Part shown: one piece after another, positions 17,445-26,161 of the stretch | Layout: every line of letters begins with the position of its first letter | Numbering within the stretch: position 1 is the stretch's first letter | IMG/VR virus record: IMGVR_UViG_3300033067_001496 | Span: 1 to 34,136 of that record | DNA from: a virus | Lineage: Duplodnaviria; Caudoviricetes | DNA length: 34,136 nucleotides | Direction: 5' to 3' (one strand) | The notes under the pieces: model-generated | What the model was told of the DNA's origin: nothing | What the model saw: the letters and a program-made list of their open reading frames with translations, nothing else | Databases searched by the model: none | Made by a program: the position numbers and the translations under genes

Positions 17445-18433
17445 TTCATGAGCGATAAATATGCTTTTTCCCATTCTACAATATGTTTTTCCAAACTGTA
17501 CCATCCCGTAACATTTCCATGAGCTTTAAAAGATATGTCTTCCCGTAATTCCTTACTGATGATCATATTTTTAATACATCGATACCAGTGATCTACGTCT
17601 AATGCCACGAGCCCAAAATTTCCATCAAAATGTTTATCATCATAGACCGTAGGTGAATACACACCCGGTATTCCAGCAAGTGCATATTCATAATATTTGA
17701 TTCTAGATTTACACTTATTAAAGTCGTTATGAACTAATGGCGCCAATGCTATATCCAGTCTTAGACCAGAAAGTTTTGTCGGCCACACGTCCCATGGAAC
17801 TCCAAACATACACTCTACAGGTAATCCAGATAGCAATTCTTTTACTCTGGTCTCTCCTACAAATATGAATTCTATTTGAGGGAATTCTGTATATATTTTA
17901 CGGAGCGCAGGAGCTATCATTTCCAAATCTTTCATATGTGTGATAGAACCAGCCCAGCCTATACGTAACGTTTTACCTTCGTTTTTATATTTAACTGGAG
18001 TATCCCAACGTTCTAAATCAGGATAATTAGGAAGAATAACGACATTATTATTGAACTTTTTTAGTTGTTTTGCCAGATATTCATTAGTAGTCGTGACCAT
18101 ATCAGCAATTTCTAATGTTTTTTGTATAATTTCAGGAGCATCCGAAATCTGGTGTTCCTTCAAAAAGGGATTATGTTCTTCTACTTTGAGTCTATCATCC
18201 ATATCAACAACAATCTTTTTCCCTTTTTCTTGTTGGTACGCATATAATTCAGCTATTCCTTTTTTATCAACACACCCGTGTAAAACGAATACATCATTAT
18301 TTTTAATTACATCATCAGTTATTCCCCCATCAACTACGTGAGCATCCCATCCCTTTTTCTGAAGGTATTTGAATGGGTCATAAAGTCTCCACATAGAGGA
18401 ACCTGATGGTGATGGAAAAGAGCGTATTTTCAT
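17441..18433 (-). CDS. Glycosyltransferase, GT-B fold (GT4-like)
   Basis: VVDMDD, ADMVTTTN.YL, IGWAGSITH..DL, DIALAPL..FN.CKS.IK.YEY; start moved to 18433 (ATGA overlap). Confidence 0.85.
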   Translation of the reverse strand: MKIRSFPSPSGSSMWRLYDPFKYLQKKGWDAHVVDGGITDDVIKNNDVFVLHGCVDKKGIAELYAYQQEKGKKIVVDMDDRLKVEEHNPFLKEHQISDAPEIIQKTLEIADMVTTTNEYLAKQLKKFNNNVVILPNYPDLERWDTPVKYKNEGKTLRIGWAGSITHMKDLEMIAPALRKIYTEFPQIEFIFVGETRVKELLSGLPVECMFGVPWDVWPTKLSGLRLDIALAPLVHNDFNKCKSRIKYYEYALAGIPGVYSPTVYDDKHFDGNFGLVALDVDHWYRCIKNMIISKELREDISFKAHGNVTGWYSLEKHIVEWEKAYLSLMN

Positions 18434-19056
18434 GATCTTTCCTCCAAAAAATCCGTAACATAGTGCCATTCAACATCTGAGGGAAGTTTAAGTATATTTA
18501 CCAGACAATCGTTCAGGTTATTCGCTGAGGGTAAATCCATATGACCATGGAGCTTTAGGACGTCGTCGGGTGAATTCCAAAACTCTTCGTCAATAGAATA
18601 GTTATATTTATAGAATTTTTTTGGACATATCATGTCTTTCTGATTTCTATCTATAGCACCCCACCATCCGTATTCATTTAATACAGTGACTACTTCCTGA
18701 TTCCAAAGCCAAAACGGGGCACAAAATCCCTTTTCGAACGGAATTCCATCTTTATCAAATATTTCGTGCATATTATCGATGATCATTTTCATAGAATGCC
18801 TGTCACAATTCTCAAATTCTCTAGGCATATGGGTTACACCATGTGGAATAATCTGAATCCAATCTAAGTTTTCTTTTATTCTTTTGAGTTCCATATCTCT
18901 ATATATTCTTTGAACAGATTTTTCGAAGGTATAATCAAAAGGAATGGTAAACATGGATACTTTGAACGTGGGATAGCGATCTTTAATTTCCAGAAGTAGA
19001 TCAAGCTTATTATTTAGTACACTAAAATCATGAATATCTAAGCTTACGTGTTTCAT
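18430..19056 (-). CDS. Polysaccharide deacetylase-like protein (NodB/DUF2334-like)
   Basis: DIHD, SMFTIP, HGVTH, GFCAPFW, LHGH. Confidence 0.7.
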   Translation of the reverse strand: MKHVSLDIHDFSVLNNKLDLLLEIKDRYPTFKVSMFTIPFDYTFEKSVQRIYRDMELKRIKENLDWIQIIPHGVTHMPREFENCDRHSMKMIIDNMHEIFDKDGIPFEKGFCAPFWLWNQEVVTVLNEYGWWGAIDRNQKDMICPKKFYKYNYSIDEEFWNSPDDVLKLHGHMDLPSANNLNDCLVNILKLPSDVEWHYVTDFLEERS

Positions 19057-19655
19057 ATTTTTTTACCTACCGCCATTATCACCAACAGATGCTCCTGATT
19101 GGGTAGATATATAAACTGGTGTCTCCCAAAACCATTTTCTTTATAGAGTTTTTCTATATCTTCGTGCTCAAATTCATACATGTGTTCAGGGGACTGTATA
19201 TGTGAACCACTTGGAGTGGTTATAACGAATTTACCACCCGTTTTTAACACTCTATGAGCGTCTCTAAAGAGGTCAGAAGGCTCATCTAAGTGTTCCAGCA
19301 CTTCACCACTGAATACAAGGTCAAAATAGTCATTGGGTAACTCTGTTTGATTTCCAACTATCTGTTGAAAGTACTTTATACTCGAATTCTCTCGTTTATT
19401 TTGATCTATAACTTCTCCTGATATGTCAGTTCCCCACACTTCACAATTAGGGAACATTCCTTTTACCAACGTAGTAAATTGTCCTATCCCACACCCTATA
19501 TCTAAGACTCTGTCTCCATCTTTTATTTCATCCATTGTGCGTAAGAAGCGTGATGTACCTGTTTCTTTTTCGTAGGCAATACGATTTTCAGTACCTGTAT
19601 ACCGATTATTCCAATAGAAATTAGTATTAGGGTTGATATCTTGTAGTTTTTTCAT
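19053..19655 (-). CDS. Class I SAM-dependent methyltransferase
   Basis: VLDIGCGIG, GTDIS, FDLV..EVLEHL, LKTGG; probable start MKKLQ at 19655. Confidence 0.9.
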   Translation of the reverse strand: MKKLQDINPNTNFYWNNRYTGTENRIAYEKETGTSRFLRTMDEIKDGDRVLDIGCGIGQFTTLVKGMFPNCEVWGTDISGEVIDQNKRENSSIKYFQQIVGNQTELPNDYFDLVFSGEVLEHLDEPSDLFRDAHRVLKTGGKFVITTPSGSHIQSPEHMYEFEHEDIEKLYKENGFGRHQFIYLPNQEHLLVIMAVGKKI

Positions 19656-21027
19656 GTTTTCTTTTCTCAAAATACTCAGGAAATCGAGCATGTTGACCCT
19701 CTGTTCCTTCATAATGTTGAGCGAAGTAATTTTCTAAGTACGCCATTTGATATCCTTTAGAGAGAAGATATTGAGAGAATTCTAAGTCCTGCATCCCGTG
19801 AAGAAAGTCATTCTCATTCCACCTAAAATCCTTATAAGCTGAGGCATCTACGAAGTGACAAATTCCTCCTATGTGTCTGGTCAACCCAAGAAATTCACCT
19901 TTAATTTTTCCAAAATCAATTCTTTGAGCTCCGCCAGGGTTATCTTTTAATCCCTCAATATAGCAAGATAGGGCCATGCGACGATTAGATTTCCATATCT
20001 CCACCATTTTCTCCAGCCACCCGTTAGATTTGAAATAACAGTCATTGTCTATTTTTATAATGATATCGTATGTTCCTGTTTTATATATTTCTTCTATTGC
20101 GATATTGGAAGCTTTTGATATACCTTTATTTACTCCGTTCGAAATTAACGCTTTTGAATGCCAAGAATCATTAAGCCATTCATAAGTTCCGTCTGTAGAG
20201 CCGTTATCTACTATAAAATGATCATATGGGTATCCGGCTGTTCTCTCTAAACTTTCGAAACATGTTTTTGTATATTCGAGCCTGTTATATGTGATCGAAT
20301 AGATTGCTACTTTTGGTTCTTTCACTTCACCCAGATACGGTAGCTGAATCTCAACATCAAATGCGTCCCATGCAGGTTCACTAAATCCCTTCTCATCTAG
20401 TTTCTTTTGACTCTTCATATCCTTATGAAGGTGGTAATCAGTAAGAAGCAGAGGTACACGCTTAAATATATACCCACACTTAGCCATTCTTACCCAAAGA
20501 TTCCAGTCAACATACTTTTTATACCGCTCATCAAACCCCCCAACATATTTAAGTGCTTGTTTTCGGATTAAAGCGTCAGAAGTATCTATATAATTTCTTC
20601 TCATTAAAGAAAAAGGATTAAAGTCTGAAGCGTACCCAATTTGATCTACAATTTCTTTTGTTTCATCTATTATCCATCTGTCTCCATAAGCTACCGATAC
20701 ATCAGGATAATTCTGTAAACACTTGTATAACGCGTTTAAATGGTCAGGACGGTACTCACAGTCATCATCGAGGAATGCTATAAACTCACCTTTAGCAAGT
20801 TTTATCCCTGCGTTCTTTGGTTTTGTATCTGTTCCGGAATTTCTCGTGAGTCGTGTATAAATAATTTTTGGATCGTTTAAGCTTGCAATGTATGCTTGAG
20901 TACCATCAGTTGAATGATCGTCTGCAATAATGAGTTCCCAATCAGTGAAGGTTTGATTTTTAACAGACTGTATAGCCTTTTTAAGACGGTCTAATCGATC
21001 AAATGTGCTGATAATTACACTAATCAT
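19627..21027 (-). CDS. Double-domain GT2 glycosyltransferase
   Basis: SVII..DDHSTDGT..AFLDDD and a second domain YNR..VDNGSTDGT..KIDND. Confidence 0.9.
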   Translation of the reverse strand: MISVIISTFDRLDRLKKAIQSVKNQTFTDWELIIADDHSTDGTQAYIASLNDPKIIYTRLTRNSGTDTKPKNAGIKLAKGEFIAFLDDDCEYRPDHLNALYKCLQNYPDVSVAYGDRWIIDETKEIVDQIGYASDFNPFSLMRRNYIDTSDALIRKQALKYVGGFDERYKKYVDWNLWVRMAKCGYIFKRVPLLLTDYHLHKDMKSQKKLDEKGFSEPAWDAFDVEIQLPYLGEVKEPKVAIYSITYNRLEYTKTCFESLERTAGYPYDHFIVDNGSTDGTYEWLNDSWHSKALISNGVNKGISKASNIAIEEIYKTGTYDIIIKIDNDCYFKSNGWLEKMVEIWKSNRRMALSCYIEGLKDNPGGAQRIDFGKIKGEFLGLTRHIGGICHFVDASAYKDFRWNENDFLHGMQDLEFSQYLLSKGYQMAYLENYFAQHYEGTEGQHARFPEYFEKRKHEKTTRYQP

Positions 21028-21028
21028 A

Positions 21029-21352
21029 TTATCTGAACCCTAATGGGTCTTTTTTCATTTGTTCTTTACGCCATGCTGGTTTATCTTTTGCCCAGCTTTT
21101 TTTCCGATCCTCTTCCCATCGTCTGAGTTTAAGACTAGTTTTAGTCCATTCTTTCCGTTCTGAATCGAATATATCTGCGGCTTGTCGTTCTTTTTCTGGG
21201 TCACCGATGGTGATGTACTTTTCTGTAGAAGCCCAAGGAATTGAAGTTTTAATGTATGGGATACCTTTTTTGTTTTTAAGTATAACTGCTGGCCTATCGT
21301 CTGAGTCTTCAACATATTTATGATACCCTTCGCGGATTTTTACCCATTTCAT
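21029..21352 (-). CDS. Hypothetical basic protein
   Basis: Start moved to MKWVK at 21352, 6 nt after the leader F U-tract. Confidence 0.65.
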   Translation of the reverse strand: MKWVKIREGYHKYVEDSDDRPAVILKNKKGIPYIKTSIPWASTEKYITIGDPEKERQAADIFDSERKEWTKTSLKLRRWEEDRKKSWAKDKPAWRKEQMKKDPLGFR

Positions 21353-21358
21353 ACCAAT

Positions 21359-21452
21359 AAAAAAGACACCTTCCCTTTCGGGTTGGTGCCTTGCCTGCAA
21401 TGCAGGAACAGACTACTTAGTATTGTATAGCACATCTGTTGACTTTGTTCAA
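21359..21452 (-). promoter_or_regulatory. Promoter plus attenuator leader, copy F
   Basis: TTGAAC, 17-bp spacer, TGC-TATACA; GTCT-GTT-CCTGCATTGCAGG-CA-AGGCACC-AA-CCC-GAAA-GGG-AA-GGTGTC-T6. Confidence 0.85.
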
Positions 21453-21472
21453 GTTTTAGGCTAATTGCAAAC

Positions 21473-21508
21473 AAAAAAGCCTCTAGAGGTATGTCCCCTA
21501 GAGACTTT
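21473..21508 (-). terminator. Intrinsic terminator after the major capsid gene
   Basis: AAAGTCTCTAGGGG-ACATA-CCTCTAGAGGC-TTTTTT. Confidence 0.85.
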
Positions 21509-21532
21509 ATTTGTCGTAGAGATCTACCAGTT

Positions 21533-22507
21533 TTACGCGGTAGAACTTACTGTGTGATGAGCGTTCACAAAGAAAGCTGTGTTAAGCGGTGCAGCACCGA
21601 AAGTTGTTTTCCAACCTGCGGTAGCAATTTTCTCTGTTGGATCGCCCGTACCACCTGAACTAAAGCCTTTAACAAATGTTTGAAGGTTCTGTAATTCAGT
21701 TACACCGAAAGCATCCTGTCCAAAAAATGATGTAACGTAGATGGAAGATGAAGATGTTACTCCAGTATTTCTAACGTATCCGTTAGAAGAAACTAAGAAT
21801 CGTGTACCCATCAATTTTCCAGCTTCGCTTGTCATTAATTTGTTCGAGTTTGGATCTGTGTATTTGTTTGCGTCAATCCATCCACCAGTCGTTGTATCGG
21901 CTTGTAAGTCGTACAAAGAATCAGGATGAATAACAGCAGCCCATGATCCGTCCGGCAACTGCATTGCGTCGTTTCTCTGAAGTGTTCGGTTTGCACGTCG
22001 TACTTCAGTGATAGTCATCGTTCCAGTTACAGGAATAGATGTCCATGCAGCTCCAGCTACACCAGTTGCAGCTTGGAGTGTACCAGCGGTAGACACAATG
22101 TTACGGATAATAGTATCAATAGAAAGACCTGCATTGTATGCAAGACGTTCTACAGCTGATTTCATAACATCTCCAAAACTCGTATATGCGAGTAAGTCAG
22201 AGATAGAAACTGCAGCGTCGTATTGTGCTGTTGATCCGGTTACGTTCGTAGCCGTCATTGAAATTGCTGTTGTTGGGACTCCTTCTCCTTGCCCTGCGGT
22301 AACGATAGGAAGATTACTCCAGCGAGTCCAATACACAACACCTGTACCATAACCCCCAGCTCCTTTTTCAATTTTTCGATTTGTCTGTCCCAGTTGTTTG
22401 AAAACTAGTTTAGACTCAGCAACTCTTAAAAAAAGCTGATCATAGTATCTACTTTTGATAGCCTGTGAAACGGTTGTCGTTGTTGATTTAGCGGTATCTA
22501 ATGCCAT
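21533..22507 (-). CDS. Major capsid protein (N4-gp56-like, HK97 fold)
   Basis: YYD..FL, EGV.T, QY...VSISD, AVIHPD..YDL, EAGKLMG.RF, GQDAFG, DP..K..TAGWK; strong SD GGAGGTG. Confidence 0.9.
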   Translation of the reverse strand: MALDTAKSTTTTVSQAIKSRYYDQLFLRVAESKLVFKQLGQTNRKIEKGAGGYGTGVVYWTRWSNLPIVTAGQGEGVPTTAISMTATNVTGSTAQYDAAVSISDLLAYTSFGDVMKSAVERLAYNAGLSIDTIIRNIVSTAGTLQAATGVAGAAWTSIPVTGTMTITEVRRANRTLQRNDAMQLPDGSWAAVIHPDSLYDLQADTTTGGWIDANKYTDPNSNKLMTSEAGKLMGTRFLVSSNGYVRNTGVTSSSSIYVTSFFGQDAFGVTELQNLQTFVKGFSSGGTGDPTEKIATAGWKTTFGAAPLNTAFFVNAHHTVSSTA

Positions 22508-22536
22508 AATTTAATTCACCTCCCCCAGTAGTAGGA

Positions 22537-23280
22537 TCACCACTGACCGGTGGCTTTTAGATGTGCTTCCATTTGTTCCAAAGTCATATTGTTTGGATCT
22601 ACATTTGTCTTCACTCTACTGACCACACGATTCGTAATGCCCTGGTCAGATTGTTGGGATTTCACAATCCGTGCCTCTTGATTTGCTTCCGTAACTCTGG
22701 CTCCTAAAGATTTAGCGGTAGCAACTGCGCGTCTTGCTGCCTCTGTTCGCGTGATTCCAGGGTTAGCAGCTAAAATAGTTGCTCCTAATGAATCAAGCTC
22801 TTGAGAATATTCAGAGCTATTGGGATCAAACTGCGGCAATGTTGTCTTCAAGAGTTCAATCTCAAGCAAGTCAGTCTTATCAACTGGTTTAACTTTTGAT
22901 TGGGTCTTAGGTTCTAGGAACTGTTGACCCTGAGCAATCTTCGATTTGATTGATTCAAGCTCCTGCAAGGCTTGGGTTGCCTTACGCTCACTTTCTTTCA
23001 TCTTCCCGTAGACTTTGCTGAATCTCTTTTCAGGAACATACCTTTGTCCTGCTTCATCTTCTGCAACTTCTTCATCAGTTTTTGTTTCTTCAGTAGCCTT
23101 GGGTAGCTCTGAGTCCTCAACAACTGGTGCTTCTGTTTCAGGTTCTGTAACAGTCGTTTGTTCTTCGGGTGCTGTCGTCTCGATCGCTGTATCTGTTTCA
23201 GCGTTTGGTTCGCCATTCTCATCAGTCACAAAGTGACCATTGAGGGCTGCAGCTAACTGGCTCATAGTGTCATCTGACAT
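22537..23280 (-). CDS. Capsid scaffolding protein
   Basis: Acidic N-terminus, VP..RF..V coiled coil, C-terminal MTLEQME helix; directly upstream of MCP. Confidence 0.8.
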   Translation of the reverse strand: MSDDTMSQLAAALNGHFVTDENGEPNAETDTAIETTAPEEQTTVTEPETEAPVVEDSELPKATEETKTDEEVAEDEAGQRYVPEKRFSKVYGKMKESERKATQALQELESIKSKIAQGQQFLEPKTQSKVKPVDKTDLLEIELLKTTLPQFDPNSSEYSQELDSLGATILAANPGITRTEAARRAVATAKSLGARVTEANQEARIVKSQQSDQGITNRVVSRVKTNVDPNNMTLEQMEAHLKATGQW

Positions 23281-23388
23281 ATGGCCTCCTTTCTTTTGCG
23301 AGGTTGTAAGTCAACCAGGAACCTCCCATAAACATGATCATGGTTACGTACCAAGAACGAGTGTCTTGTGAACACTGAACAAAAACCG

Positions 23389-23652
23389 TCAGTTTCTATT
23401 CAACGTTCGCAAGTCGATCACTATTCCATCCTTTACTCGGTAATATCCAGCTATCATCGATCCCCATGGACAAAAATCGCATGAAATTGTGCCGTCAGGA
23501 TTGGCTGTATATCCTTTATGTTCCATCCAGTTATCTTTGGTATGTGTTGAACAGATATCAATTTTTACTGGACTATGTGTTTCTTTTTGAGCTCCATCCC
23601 AAAACTCGTCATTACTCTTGGGCAGAGCCGCTGGCCTTTTGTCGTTGTTCAT
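23389..23652 (-). CDS. Hypothetical protein, possibly Zn-binding
   Basis: CSTH..H..CDFC. Confidence 0.6.
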   Translation of the reverse strand: MNNDKRPAALPKSNDEFWDGAQKETHSPVKIDICSTHTKDNWMEHKGYTANPDGTISCDFCPWGSMIAGYYRVKDGIVIDLRTLNRN

Positions 23653-23914
23653 TTAATTTTTCTAAGGCTTCGTCTATCTCTCCAACTAATTGTCTGAGAG
23701 CATTAACTTGACCTCTCGCAAGATTAAATTCTTCTAATGATTTGTAACCGGTAATAATCGCTTCATTGGCAAAGGCTTGAATCTTGTTTTGTATGTACGC
23801 CTTCATATATGACCATCCTTGTGTTGTCGTCATTTGTTCTAAAGCTCCAGCACGTGCCAAGATTTCATTCTCGGCTTCCTGGTATTTCTCTTTTTGTTCA
23901 TCAGGAACCTGCAT
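23612..23914 (-). CDS. Small helical post-portal protein
   Basis: T.GW and ARGQV.AL motifs; SD GGAGG; typical position after podovirus portals. Confidence 0.65.
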   Translation of the reverse strand: MQVPDEQKEKYQEAENEILARAGALEQMTTTQGWSYMKAYIQNKIQAFANEAIITGYKSLEEFNLARGQVNALRQLVGEIDEALEKLNEQRQKASGSAQE

Positions 23915-25877
23915 ATGATTGACCTCCTGTCTGATTTGTTGACATATCTGGTAATGGATTTTCTAATGGTTGTCCTATCATTTGATCAATTGCGGCTTGA
24001 TCCATTGGCTGACCTTGGGATGGTTGTCCTTCGGGAGGTGGTGGTTGGACTTGTGGAATATCTACAACAACACTCTTAGATTCTAAAGCCAAATGTAGTT
24101 TTTCAAATCCTTCTTCTGTAAGCGTCGTGTAGTCAAGCATTTTCTTTTGTCCTGCCAATCCTTGTGCCCATGCCGGTGTTGAGAATCGTTCGATAGCAGT
24201 AAAGAAATTTTCTTGAAGAGCAATAGGATCGTTTAACTGATCGCTTGAAACGGCTGAAACGAAGTCATAATCACCGACTATTGCTGGTTGTATATCATCT
24301 GGTAACAAATTGAGAAATGCAAAGGATTCGTCCTGTCCTATTTCTAGCTTAGCTTTCTTTTCGAGGTCTCCTGGTATGATGGGATTTCCCTCCATGTCTG
24401 TTTGAGACAACTTAGTATTCTCTTTCAGGTACCTTACGGCATCTTGTCCCATAATACGTAACATCTGTTTTTCTGTGGTGTACTGAACTCGTAAATCTTT
24501 CCACTGATTGGCTATGCGTTGAATAACCATGTGATTAAACAGTTGAATCTTTAGCTTGAATTGAGCGTTTGCTTCCTGTTGAATGAGGCGTGTGCCGGTT
24601 GCCGTCTTATTTGCTACAGAATCGTTGTTAATTCCTACGGTGTAGTCAGTTATTCCAGACCCGTTCTGCATCGCACTCGTGAGGTAGTTCATTGTTTGAA
24701 CGAATGTCGCTCCAGTTACGTCTGGGACGTTGAGCATTTCAACTGCATTCATGTCATCGGTTGTAACTACATTCCCAGGAGCTGAAAATAGTGTGTGCAT
24801 GTCCACACCTGATTTCTTTTTCACTTTCCACATAGAGCGAAGTACAAGTTGAACGTTGTCTAATCGTTGATTTAGAACTGCGTTAATAGCTCTCTGGATA
24901 CGATCTACGGGCTCTATTTCTCCCATGCCGTATAATTCACCTGGATATGGATAGTCTGTACCGTACACAAGCGGTAATTCACCGTGAAAATAAGGGTTAT
25001 CTACTTCACGTATGACAACGTCATATTCAGAAGCAATTTCGCACCATCCATCTGGAGTGAGTTTATGAAGTACAACTATTTCAGGATTACTTTCATCTTT
25101 TCCGATGAATTCCTGTGTAGATAGCATTATTCTTCTGTGACTTCTAAAATATAAATCTTGAGGATTACTTGTTTTATTTGCTGTTTTTGCTTTGATTTTT
25201 TGTTCTAATACGTCTAGATTCTTATAGTATTCAGATCCTCTTGCGTCGTTGATTGCCCGTAGTTCGTCGACTGTTTTAAACGTCCGATATACAAACCAAC
25301 GCATATTATCGAGTCCGGTAGCGTTTGGATCAGGGAAGCAATCGTATATGTTAAATAGCTCGTAGTTAGGCCCATCAAACTGAGTGACTTTGACCATCTC
25401 TTTATTTGTTGGTGTCCATACAACACGTCCATTTACTTTCTTTGGCTTCATCCGTGGTTTTTCTTTTTCTCGATAGTCCCAGTAATTTCTACCGAAGAAC
25501 GTACCAAAGATAAGCATTGATTTAACTGAATTGACGAGTTTTGGAAACATCTCAGCTCTGCGCCAGTCATATTTAACTAAAGAATTGAGGATGTGGGCGG
25601 TGGCACTATCTCCACCTTCTTGAGGATAAAACGATCCAGTAGGCTCATTAGCTACCATACGTGGAGTAATAGTTTCGATTACTCGAAATATACGAGGATC
25701 AAAAACCATTGCATTGTGGGGGTAGTTATTAGGGTCAAGATAAGAACGATACAATTCTTCCTGTTTATTCATCCGTTCATGAATAGGGTCAAGATATTGT
25801 TTAGACAATTGATATTGACATTTAGATTCTTCAATAACATCGTCTTCACTTTTATTTCTGGTGTTATAATTTGCCAT
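23901..25877 (-). CDS. Portal protein (P22-like)
   Basis: 658 aa; MLIFGT..YWD, FPDP.A, YG.G..E....Q..IN, TAT, Pro/Gln-rich tail; follows terminase. Confidence 0.9.
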   Translation of the reverse strand: MANYNTRNKSEDDVIEESKCQYQLSKQYLDPIHERMNKQEELYRSYLDPNNYPHNAMVFDPRIFRVIETITPRMVANEPTGSFYPQEGGDSATAHILNSLVKYDWRRAEMFPKLVNSVKSMLIFGTFFGRNYWDYREKEKPRMKPKKVNGRVVWTPTNKEMVKVTQFDGPNYELFNIYDCFPDPNATGLDNMRWFVYRTFKTVDELRAINDARGSEYYKNLDVLEQKIKAKTANKTSNPQDLYFRSHRRIMLSTQEFIGKDESNPEIVVLHKLTPDGWCEIASEYDVVIREVDNPYFHGELPLVYGTDYPYPGELYGMGEIEPVDRIQRAINAVLNQRLDNVQLVLRSMWKVKKKSGVDMHTLFSAPGNVVTTDDMNAVEMLNVPDVTGATFVQTMNYLTSAMQNGSGITDYTVGINNDSVANKTATGTRLIQQEANAQFKLKIQLFNHMVIQRIANQWKDLRVQYTTEKQMLRIMGQDAVRYLKENTKLSQTDMEGNPIIPGDLEKKAKLEIGQDESFAFLNLLPDDIQPAIVGDYDFVSAVSSDQLNDPIALQENFFTAIERFSTPAWAQGLAGQKKMLDYTTLTEEGFEKLHLALESKSVVVDIPQVQPPPPEGQPSQGQPMDQAAIDQMIGQPLENPLPDMSTNQTGGQSYAGS

Positions 25878-25964
25878 AAAAAAAGGACACAGATTATTTC
25901 TGTGCCCTGCGGTTTGTATCCGAACGGACTATCTAAGAAGTAACAGAAGATAAGTTAAAGTCAA
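25878..25964 (-). promoter_or_regulatory. Promoter plus attenuator leader, copy A
   Basis: TTGACTTTAAC..GTCC-GTT-CGGATACAAACCG-CA-GGGCACAGA-AATAA-TCTGTGTCC-T7-ATG. Confidence 0.9.
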
Positions 25965-26152
25965 GTTTTAGGTCGAAACCACACTCTCGAATCAATAAAG
26001 GTTATTTTGTTTACAACTCCCTGACGTACATCCACTCTAATGTCTAACTGCCCATCTGATACACGCTCGACTTCTTCTTCTATCCGTACAAGATGAGGTT
26101 TATTCTTTTCTATAAGTTGAGCGTACTGCTCTGGTGTCATTTGTTCTGGCAT
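25961..26152 (-). CDS. Small protein, possibly YezD/DUF2292-like
   Basis: 63 aa, SD GGAGG; helix then GQLDIRVDVRQGVVNKI hairpin; family call by eye only. Confidence 0.5.
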   Translation of the reverse strand: MPEQMTPEQYAQLIEKNKPHLVRIEEEVERVSDGQLDIRVDVRQGVVNKITFIDSRVWFRPKT

Positions 26153-26161
26153 GGTCCCTCC

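Noticed and set aside
21353-21400. N-terminal extension MQARHQPEREGVFFIG of ORF 21029..21400
   Set aside because: Runs through the leader F hairpins; the ATG at 21352 fits the pattern of the other copies
4159-25964. Repeated leaders as CRISPR, REP or plain terminators
   Set aside because: Dispersed, no spacers; each has an upstream promoter box and a second covarying hairpin, and five abut a start codon
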